The position numbers and the translations under genes are program-made. A stretch of DNA of 60,501 bases, filler included, from Hausera hauseri (lineage: Eukaryota), in the NCBI GenBank assembly GCA_046269625.1. It is 10 parts of 10 records of this genome, joined end to end, with 100 filler letters (N's around TTAATTAATTAA, not from the genome) between each part and the next. Parts side by side here need not be neighbours in the genome. Positions count along the whole stretch, not along the records: positions 1 to 4,636 come from JBJURY010494686.1; positions 4,737 to 9,900 come from JBJURY010317718.1; 8 more parts are not named here. One strand, written 5' to 3'. The notes under the pieces were generated by a model. It saw only the letters and a list, made by a program, of their open reading frames with translations. It ran no database searches and was not told the DNA's origin. Shown here one piece after another: positions 1-10,000 of this stretch; position 1 is the stretch's first letter, and every line of letters starts with the position of its first letter.

Positions 1-1390
1 CAATTTGAAGGCCTATCATAATAATCAGCTATTTGGATTTTCATGTTATTTTAACCATTTCAGAGGTCGATGGTGTGTATATATTAACAAGGGTTAGTTT
101 TCACTAGTATAAGGTGAAAATACATCTAATACTAAAACTCTTTCTCGATAACTGCGTACTTCTTTAGTGTTTATTTAACTTTCCTGATGCATAAGCTACT
201 GAGTGTTCCTTCCCAATCTTCTCATTTTTGCGATAAGATCGCACCAACCCCGTAATCACTTACGTCCGTTGCTAGTATAAATGATTTAGTTATATATGGG
301 TAGATTATGACTGGAGCACTTAGTAATCTGTCCTTTTGGTTTTCCAAAGCTTTTTGGCAATTGCTCATCCATAATACTTTTTCCAAATCTTCTTGTTACT
401 TCCTATACAGGTTTGGCTATTTTGCTAAAGTATTTTATGAATCTTCGATGGTAAGTGGCATGCCCAAGAAATCGTCGTAATTTCTTCACTATGGTAGGTT
501 TTGAAAAATCTTTGATCTTTTCATAAAGCTTATCTTGGGGTTTTACACCATGACTATCGACTTGATGTCCCAGAAAATCCACTTCTGTTTTGGCAACCAA
601 ACATTTCTTTGGGTTTATTTCAAACCCGTTATTTCACACCTGTCAAAGAGATCTTGTAAATCTTTTAAATGTTGTTAAAAGTCCCATGAGACTACTACTA
701 TGTAATCAATATAAACCATGAAATGTGGTGCATCCAAAAGTAATAACTCTCTTCCTCATTGAAATGTTGATGGTCCGTTTTTCAATCCTAATGGCATTCT
801 ATTAATTTCCCATAATCCTTCGCCTATCTAGAAGGATATTTTTGGTGTATGTTCTTTTACTTCTACTTGTTAATATCCTTTCTGTAATCAACGGTGGCGA
901 ATATTCTTGAACCATGTAATTTATCCAATATTTCATCAATCCTTGGCAACGGGTACGTATTATCTACTGTTACTTCGTTCACGGCGCGGTAATCCACACA
1001 CATTCTGATGGATGCATCTTTCTTTTGTACAATTACAATGGGTGCTGCCCATGGTGAATTACTGGGTCTAATAATATCACTTTGTCTCATTTCGGCTATT
1101 ATTTCCTTAGTTTTTTCTCTTTTATCGTAATTAAGCCGATATGGCCTTTTCTTGATAGGAGTTTCCATTCCAGTTTTTAGCTTAATCTCATGCTTGATAA
1201 CGGGTATTATACCCATATCATATTCATCTATAGCAAAAGTATCCTTATATTGTTGTAGTATTTTGACTATATCTTCTTTCTCCACATCTGTCAGTGTGCT
1301 ATCCTTTCCAAACAAATCATAATCGTTCCAGTTAATAGGCGTCTTAACAAATTTTGTTATTTCCTTATTTCTATCAAGATGACTTTCAAT
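1..1390 (-). pseudogene. Ty3/Gypsy pol fragment (reverse transcriptase + start of RNase H), frameshifted
   Basis: IIRPSNSPWAAPIVIVQKKD..RMCVDYRAVN..YPLPRIDEIL (863-1315); VDFLGH..LRRFLG (403-600); degraded YIDY catalytic motif near 700-715; RNase H-like ILATDVSDYGVGAILSQ near 230-280. Confidence 0.93.
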
Positions 1391-1416
1391 TTATTCGTGG
1401 GTTCATTTTCTAATCG

Positions 1417-1430
1417 TATTCCGGCTTCTA
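1417..1430 (-). repeat. 14-bp direct repeat (TATTCCGGCTTCTA), second copy at 4110-4123; encodes E-A-G-I on minus strand
   Basis: Exact match read from the sequence at both positions, flanking the helical-domain + glycoprotein block. Confidence 0.8.
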
Positions 1431-1580
1431 TTCGTGGTTTATGTCATTGTCTTTCCATTAATGCAGACAATTCCTGTATGGTGGGAATAATGGCTTCCGT
1501 TGCGTTATTGCCTGTCTTTTATGATATATACATGGGCAATTCTTATACATTTTCTCAATAGTTTCGGTTTATTTGAGGTA

Positions 1581-3450
1581 TTAGCTATTCGAACACTTAC
1601 TTTTTTTTACTTTTTTAATCAGAAAACAACTGGCTATAGATGGAATTAGTGCATAAATGATTTTCCATGTACATCCAGCAGCTTGTTTAACACCGTATCC
1701 CTTAGTTATCATAGTCAAAATCGCTTTTATGAAAGCAAAGATGTAATAGAATCCTAACCATCCAGAATTGAATTGATCAAACCACATGTACCATCCCCAT
1801 GCGGTTGCAAATATATCCTTAGCTATTTTCTTTGCATAATCAGGTCCCATCAAATTTTCCCAGTTGGCTTTTCCGGTGTGGTCGGCTAACACTTTCATCG
1901 CCATTTCTGTTAAAACTTTCTGTCTCTGTTGAGGAAACATCGTCATCCGTCTATGATTTTTTATATCTTGTTCGGAATATACACCCATCTTTACTAGATC
2001 TGTTAATAACTTATACGTTTGTCCCGTCTTCAAATTGATTAAACTAATTCTACGAGGTGGAGTAATTTGCTCCTTTTTCGGCATTCTTATTCATAAATTG
2101 TCGCTTAGTCAAAATGCCGGCGACATGGTATATGTACAAATCTGATGTATATATGATTTTTCTGCTGGATCCAGCAGTATCCGTGTGATGGGTTGCAAAA
2201 AACGCGGCTTTTCCTTGTACCATACATGCAATTCCATAGTACAATCAGTAGTTGGTCTTAATTTTACAGCTACTTTTGTACACTCCAAAGTTACAAGTGT
2301 TTCACCCATAGTTCGAGCAAACTTTCCCTCTGCATCTGATGATTCGGCTGGATCGTTTATTATTCCACCCGTTATTGATGATAAGTATATCCGATTTCTA
2401 ATTACCTCTCTATTCAGTTTACAATCGTTTAACATTATCTCTCGATACATGGCATAAATATTTTCTTGCTGAAAATGATAAATGAAATCAATCTTGTTGT
2501 CAAAATAGAGGTGAGGTTTTACCTTTGATTTATCAATGTTCCTCTTAGCTTTTGCTATTTCTGTTGTGGATAGAAATACCTCCTTATAATTTGTTCGAAA
2601 TACCGTGTGATCACAGCTGCTGGTATTACTTTCTAACTTAAATCTCATTTTATCTTGAGCATTTGCTGAATATACTGTAGTATGGATCTCAATCATGTCT
2701 GATGCTCGGTCTATTTTGCTCTTAGATACCTCTTCTTTGTACATTCGTTCTTTTGTTTCATTAAACTTTCCTACTTTTAATAGAGCTAACTGACACTGAT
2801 CCCTATCGACTTTATGTGACATAATTGATTCGCCAGTGTCACATTCTTTATTATAATAGTCACAATCAGGAAATGTCATTATCTTTCCTGAGGATAGTTC
2901 AAAGAGGGTATCATATTCTCTCAACTCAACTTGATAATCTTTTATGGCTACTATGTTGTCCAAAATTTCACCATGAATATTATATGACTCGCCCTTACAA
3001 TATCCTGCCTTGTCAATTGTTCCGACCACGAAAATTCTTTCACTAATAATTTTTCCTGTCTGTGCCTTTAACCGAATATTCCAGATATTAATTTGTTTTG
3101 TTACAAATGTCTCTATACACATTCATTTACTTATATAGAGTGGCTCAAACGGAGTAGTTGGTTCGACTATTGCTGAGTTTCTATACCTGTAACCACAAAT
3201 AAAGTGAAAATGATTTTTTCGAACAAAACATTCTTTCACTTTGGTCTTTACAAATTCCGACTCTTGATAAACGTAATATTCCTTATCTGTTTTTGTGGTT
3301 AATAAAGCTGGATTGGCAAAAGGACATTTCTCTAGATCTAATAAGAAATATATCGGACCTTCCGTAGATTGGCTACAATAATAAGCAATAATTGAGAGTG
3401 CTTTTGGCATAAGACTAAACAGAAGGAGTATAGGTATAACTTTAGTTAAC
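1581..3450 (-). pseudogene. Chuvirus-like (class III/gB-type) envelope glycoprotein, broken by in-frame TGA stops
   Basis: ORFs 3123-3410, 2109-3122 and 1581-2084 share one frame, separated only by TGA at 3123, 2109 and 2091. Hydrophobic signal VIPILLLFSLMPKALS|IIAYYC. Cys pattern and blocks HLYFDNKIDF, YREIMLNDCKLNREV, GETLVTLEC..V.LRPTTDC..EL.V.Y...RFLQPITRIL, GVYSEQD..MFP and a C-terminal double hydrophobic segment match chuvirus G as I recall it. Confidence 0.8.
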
Positions 3451-4636
3451 CATGATAAGTCAAAATCTGGTTGTAGGTTTCGTTGTATTTCTGACTGTTG
3501 AGGTGGACGATAGTCTGTTCGTTGTTGTGTAGTTGAAACCGATTCATGTATTACTGTATGAACTAAACTAGTAATTCACTCGCCTCTACATTTCACCCAT
3601 CCCTCTACATTATCCTTTAATGCACTTGTAGCGATTTCTATGTTTCTTTCTACCTCTTCTTGATTTGGGTTTACCCCGTTCATTACCATTATTTTATATA
3701 AGCGGTAAGACATAGCTGTTATAATTTTACTCTCAGATATATCTGTTCCCATCATTCTTGATAAAATATCTCTCTCCTGTATTTCACTTATCCTCTCGTC
3801 AGTAGGGATATCTGCAAACTGTTCACTAATCTTTGCAATTTCATTCCAAATAGCTTGCATCAATAAATCCAGTATTTGCAAATTGGTATTAAGCTCAATG
3901 AATGCATTATGCATTCTTGTTAACAGGGTTTGTAACAATGTTGTTAATGGTACATTGTCTATATCATATTCATCTTCTATTGTTAGTAATCTTTGGACAA
4001 TTTCGTCATCTCTGGCCTTTCTACCTTTCAGTTGATACAGTTTCGTTGTTCTTTTTGGTCCGCCGCGGTTCTTTTTATCCGTTTGTATTTTCTCTGATAT
4101 AGGCATATTTATTCCGGCTTCTACTGGTTGAGCCTGATATTGATGTTCAGCCTCCTGTATTTCTTTCCGCCTGACATCAGTGATAATTTCATCGATTACT
4201 TCTTGTTTTGACTGTCTATATAGTAATACACACAGGATTGTATTGGTTTTCCCAAATACCTACCTCATATAAAGTTCCATAATCCACCAAGGTCCATCCA
4301 TAAAAGCGCAGCTCCAATTCTCCTTGGGATTGGCTTATTTCATTAACTCTGTGTTTGAATATAGCTGTTGTATCCAATGATTTCATTCTTAAAACAGGGA
4401 AGTCCTGATTATACTGTTGGTGAGTAACCATTACTTCCGGGTTTTCTCAGACTGTCCTTACTCTATCGGCATATCGATAACTTATATATCGTATAAAATT
4501 CTGATATGGACTTGTGCCAGCAGCATACACTAAGAGTAAGTCCAATAAATTAGGAAATTGTTGATGGTTAATTGTCGGTGACAATAACATAGAAAGGTCT
4601 TGTCTAAACTCAGTGTGGGTGAATAAAAGTCCATTG
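3451..4636 (-). pseudogene. Upstream part of the same degenerate polyprotein (unknown helical domain plus possibly nucleoprotein-like segment)
   Basis: ORF 3576-4106 is in the glycoprotein frame, separated by one TGA, and that frame stays open to ~4259; a shifted frame (4216-4636) has one TGA near 4447 and reads LLSPTINHQQFPNLLDLLLVYAAGTSPY. Confidence 0.5.
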
Positions 4637-4736
4637 NNNNNNNNNNNNNNNNNNNNNNNNNNNNNNNNNNNNNNNNNNNNTTAATTAATTAANNNNNNNN
4701 NNNNNNNNNNNNNNNNNNNNNNNNNNNNNNNNNNNN
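4637..4736. other. Artificial contig linker N44-TTAATTAATTAA-N44 (stops in all six frames)
   Basis: Identical linkers at 9901-10000, 14199-14298, 22435-22534, 27528-27627, 38939-39038, 44389-44488, 48570-48669, 56057-56156; plain N gaps at 19823-19922 and 29669-29678. Confidence 0.98.
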
Positions 4737-7700
4737 TCGTTGGCTCACTTACGTACTTTAGGCGTCACCAAGGAACATAATCCAGATCTACTTCGACGAT
4801 ATTTCCTTAATGCTTCACCCACTCAAATTAGGGCTTTACTTACCGTTGTTGAATATTCTACAGCTTTAGATAAACTGGCTGAATTGGCCGATAAAGCACA
4901 CGAAGTCTTACAAATCCATTCACAACCCATCATATCAGCTGCTATTACGACCGATGACAATCAACGCCAAACATCCATCGAACACCAACTGAACCAATTA
5001 CTCGCCGAAAATGCGGCACTCCAACATACAGTCAACACCATCAATGATAAGCTGAATGACGTTTATTTACATCGACGGAATGCTTCCTTGCCTCTTCGAA
5101 CACGTTCTCTTTCCAGAAATCGAACACCGTCACCAACGCGTTCATTCATATGTTATTACTACAACAGATTTAACAACAAAGCGAATAAATGCTGTAGATA
5201 TTATTCATCGAATCTATACTCGGATAACATAATTTGCATCTATCATGCAAAATTCGGATCTGGAGCTCGAAATTGTATTTCGGGCTGTAACTATAAAACT
5301 AACAATAACTACACCACTGATAAACATTCCAGTTTCTCTAAAAATAGCCGTCCTAACTCATCAATCCCAGAAAACTGATTTCGCCGCCAGTATTTTCGGC
5401 AGATCATGGCAAAGGCAATTTATCTAATTCCTTTTGCCGACACACTTCATTTGCAGTCTTCACACTAAAAGCTGCAATCTCTAATCCTAACATTCAATCC
5501 ATAGATTTTCTCATCGATACTGGCGCAGCGATTTCACTACTACCAATTTTTTTTCAGGTTCAACGTTCTTCAACTAGAATGAAACCTTTATACACTGCAT
5601 CTGGTCAATCTCTCCGTATTGCCGGAACTTGCAAATTATCTTTCAATCTACCAAACTTTTCCTCTTCATTCCATTGGACATTTACAGTCGCTAAGGTCCA
5701 GACGGCAATACTTGGCTCAAATTTCCTTTCGCACTACAACTTGATAGTCGATTGTAACCGACGCTGCCTGAAAACGAATACACCTGTTGACCGTTGCACA
5801 GGTATAGACAGCATCCCAACGACACCACAAGCAATAGTAAGTAAGCAGTCTATTTTAAAACAATCCGTTCCTCGTTCTAATTCCAACAACTATCACGTTT
5901 TACGTAGTAAACTTCCAAAAGACAATGTCGACAGCCAATCACAGCTCAATGTTCACAATGACAATCTGGTATTTTCTGTAAAATAATGGAACAATAACAC
6001 CTACTCAAACACGGTTGCGAACCCGACCATCCTACTCCAAACTCCACTTGATTCCTCATCATTAACCAATTACCATATACCAAGTACTGCTAGAAACCTT
6101 GGTTTATCGTCAGTTACAACATTCCAGAAACTACCCACAAGTTTACGACAATTCGTACATACTTCTTGTCCTCGTGTACTTCAGAAAGATTGAAATTTCA
6201 CACCAGTAAACGGCATTTACCATCATATAATTACTAGACATCAAAGGCCAATTAGACAAAAGGTCCGTCCATTGTTACCACGACGCAAATAGACAGTAGA
6301 AGTTAAATTTTTGGAACTCGAACAATCAGGTATCGTCCGCAGATCTAAATCACCATGGTCTTCGCCCTCCACGTTATTCAAAAAAGATGGATCCTTCCGA
6401 TCATGTGGCGATTACGGCCAGCTTAATACTTTAACCATAATGGACGCATATTCACTACCATTAATTAAAGACATATTACATAGGCTTAATACTACTTCCG
6501 TTTATTCGACAACTGACCTAGCTAAAGCTTACCATCAAATTCTGGTCGCACCGGACGACATTGAGAAAACTGCAGTTACCACACTTTTGGTCTTTATGAG
6601 TACTTGTATATGCCTTTCGGTCTCCGGAATGCTTCGCAGACTTTTTAACGACACATCGATTCAATACTTTCAGACTTCACTTTTGCACATCCATATATTG
6701 ACGACATCTTGGTTGCCTCCTCATCAGTTAAACAACACGAAAAACATCTACGATCCATTTTCAAACGCCTTAACCAGTTCAATCTACAAATCAATATTGC
6801 GAAGTGCAACTTCTTTCAAGAACGCGTTAATTTCCTCGGATATATTATCGCATCAGACGGCCATTCGCCTCAGCCTGATCAAGCTGAAACTCTTAAAAAT
6901 GTCCAAATACCTAAGACAACCACAGAAATGCGCAGTTTTCTTGGTACCTTGCATTTTGTCCACAAATATATTCCGTATTGTTCGGAACTCACGGCCCCTT
7001 TTGTACACTTAAGCGGAGGAAAGAAACATCAGAAAATAATGTGGACAGGACAATTGGTTAATGATTTTGACAGGTTACGTGAAAGGCTAAAGACTGGAAA
7101 TACTGGCATTTCCTAAACCTGACGCTGAGTTAATTTTAACTACGGATGCATCAAACATCGCAGTAGGTGCTGTACTACACCAGTTATACAAAGGGGAAAA
7201 TCAACCGCTAGAATTTTTTTCCCGAAAATTAACGCCACCAGAAACCAGATATTCAACTTTTGATCGGGAACTGTTATCAATAGTCCTCGCTTTAAGACAC
7301 TTTTCTCATTTACTTACAGCCCGCCGTTTTGTTATACAGACAGATCATAAGCCGTTGATTAATATAATGTCTATGAAACACTCTTCAACTCGACAAGAAC
7401 GGCAAATTTCATATTTGTCCACATTCAACTTTGACATCAAACATATCGAGGATGTTGACAATCTAGTTGTCGATTTCCTATCCAGATCAGTCGGTTCAAT
7501 TAATTTTTTGCCAATCTTCACTCAGACAAAGCTCCAAGAAAATCAACCATCGCAATATATTCTCAAATCGTTCAAATCTCACCAGATAATCGACGGCGTG
7601 GCCTTAGATACCTCCAAACCAGGACAATCTAGGATAATTCTTGCTCCATCCTTAAACAAACAAGCATTTCAAAATGTACACTCGTTACATCATCCTGGTG

Positions 7701-9357
7701 CCAAAGCAACTTTTCGCTTACTCCATCAACAATTAATATGGCCTACTATGAGTTCTAATGTGCAAGCGTGGGTTAAGGAGTGCGTGGCTTGCCAGAAATT
7801 TAAAATCACCCAACATTTGAAGCCACCACTATACCATTTCCCATGCACATCACGTTTCGAGTCTGTTTATGTTGATCTTGTTGGCCCCTTTCCTCTTGAC
7901 AACGGTCATCAATTTATTTTAACCATGGTGGATCGTTCATCACGATGGCTTGAAGCCGTCCCACTGCGGAGCACCAATAGGGACACGATAGCCGAAGTTT
8001 TTATAGGCACGTGGATCAGCAGATTTGGATCCCCTAGATTCATTATTACGGACCAATGCACTCAGTTTGAGTCCAATCTGTTTAAATCTCTCGTTAGCCG
8101 ATTAGGAATCAGTCACATCCGCACGTCACCGTATCACCCTCAATCGAACGGTCTTTTAGAGAGATTCCACAGAACACTGAAACGTCATTGAGGATCCTCG
8201 CAGAATCCAATAGCAGTTGGACTACTCTCTTTCCGCTTGTTCTTCTGGGATGACGTAATATACCTTCTAGCTCTACGGGTTGTTCACCTACCCAAGCCCT
8301 TTTCGGAACACGTGTACGTTCATTGTTTGAATTAACAGCCTTCGAAGATATACCGACAGACGAAGCTATCCGATCAACACAAGACCATTTTGTTTCAGTC
8401 AGCCAAGATTCCTTCTGTAGGATCTTGAATAACAATAGAAAATACTTACCGGAGGATCTGTATTCTGAAAAATTCGTCTGGTTGAGAAACCAAATGCCCT
8501 GCGGTTTTCAACCACGGTATTGTGGGCCTTACAAACTCGTGCAATTGCATTTCCACAATGCCATTATTCTTAAAGACGGCAAGGACCTAGCGGTGCACAT
8601 CAACAACGTAAAGCCCGACTTTTTCGTTGATTATGCACCTCAAACTGAACCTTCTACATCTTATCTGACATCACCGCCTTTTTCAATTTCTATTCCTCCA
8701 AACTGTACACCTACCCCGTTACTAGAACCTATTCCTCAAACTCCTTCCACTAACATCCCAACTTTTCTTCCCTTTTCTCCTACATTTTCACCTCCAGCCC
8801 ATTCTTCGTCACTGAACAATAAACCAACTTCAACTACGACATCCGACATAGCTTTATCTCCATCAACTAGTCAACCATATTCAACGACACAAAAAATTGA
8901 AATTGGTCACTTTCAGTAGCTACAGTAGAATGCTAAATACTGAAGGCATACAACGCCTTGTACATACGTAGACCGTATAGTCAGTTCACATCATTTCGTT
9001 TTGTGTTCGTTTCGTATTTACTTTCATCCTTACAGTCCATTAATCGACACTAATTCACCTAATAAAAGATCACATAGTTATTCCAGACTGTTCCGTTTCT
9101 GTGTTCGTTTTGTATCCCCACTTATCTGTATAGTTCACACTTAGCCTCGGGGGGGGGTAATGTTATGCCCAACAAGGATTCCTAAATACTCTGTTTTGTT
9201 TTCCCATTTGTTGTTCTTTGTTATGTAATCGCTGACGCATTGACAACGTTTTGATATTTTGTATCATCGTGTCGGAGTGCCTGGTCAGGACGTCAGTAGC
9301 TCGGTTTTACATATCCCTGTTCGAGATCTGACACAACGTTCTAGCGATATGGTAACA
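4737..9357 (+). mobile_element. Ty3/Gypsy LTR retrotransposon (CsRN1/Kabuki-like), 5'-truncated by contig edge, degenerate gag-pol
   Basis: Gag with tandem C-x2-H/Y..C motifs (4740-5378); protease FLIDTGA (~5505-5527); RT (6311-7116, YIDD); RNase H TTDAS (~7135); integrase HPG..WP..C..CQ, DLVGP, ITDQ..QF, YHPQSNG..ERFH (7355-8191); GPY/F module; PPT and LTR. Confidence 0.95.
9149..9357 (+). repeat. Polypurine tract (G9, 9149-9157) followed by putative 3' LTR TGTTA...TAACA (9161-9357)
   Basis: G-run then TAA then TG; 5-bp inverted termini; no 5' LTR in the contig to confirm. Confidence 0.55.
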
Positions 9358-9710
9358 GTCGATAATTGAAACAAGTCCAAAAAAGAAAATAAGCAGATTA
9401 ATAGATACGTCAACGAAAATTTAGTTCAATTGTTTTATTGTTCTACCAAAATAAAATATTCACCGAATATTCAGGACACAATCTCCAAATTTATATTTCA
9501 AAGGCCGTTTGATCTTTTCTTCAACGAAATTTATCTGGTTGTCCCTACAACTAAAACGATAATTGATAACAACAAGAATTGATAAAACACAATACTGTAA
9601 ATAAGTATTGAGTTTTTTACGTTTTTTAATTTGAATAAAAGATGAGTATAACTTGGCTTACTTCTTACTCTTATGCTTTAATGAATTTATCTGAACACAC
9701 TAACCAACAA

Positions 9711-9722
9711 TGGTGTCAGAAG
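9711..9722 (+). promoter_or_regulatory. Primer-binding-site-like motif TGGTGTCAGAAG (tRNA-Leu type) after an ..AACA LTR end, belonging to another element
   Basis: CA end, short spacer, then TGG-initiated PBS consensus. Confidence 0.5.
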
Positions 9723-10000
9723 CTTCCTAAAATTCAACTGGACAACTGTTCAATTTCTCATTCCACTGAAGAAACACTTGCTTGATTTATTTACACGCTC
9801 GTTTCCTGATATATTGCGTCATACTTTTCAATATTTAATATTCAAAATGGATACATTGGAAGTTTTTATCATTAGACAATCATGTGAGATATTACAAGGT
9901 NNNNNNNNNNNNNNNNNNNNNNNNNNNNNNNNNNNNNNNNNNNNTTAATTAATTAANNNNNNNNNNNNNNNNNNNNNNNNNNNNNNNNNNNNNNNNNNNN

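Noticed and set aside
1581-4450. TGA read-through or alternative genetic code suggested by repeated in-frame TGA in the glycoprotein and dUTPase
   Set aside because: Trp is encoded by TGG in the same frames, and neighbouring regions also carry frameshifts and TAA/TAG; CGA/TGG-to-TGA decay suffices
4637-4736. Regularly recurring TTAATTAATTAA as a biological repeat or CRISPR-like array
   Set aside because: Always centred in exactly 100 bp of N padding: an assembly linker with six-frame stops
8109-8435. Antisense ORFs over Gypsy pol/gag (also 33331-33773, 35352-36250, 49213-49869)
   Set aside because: Shadow frames of coding sequence, with boundaries not conserved between family copies
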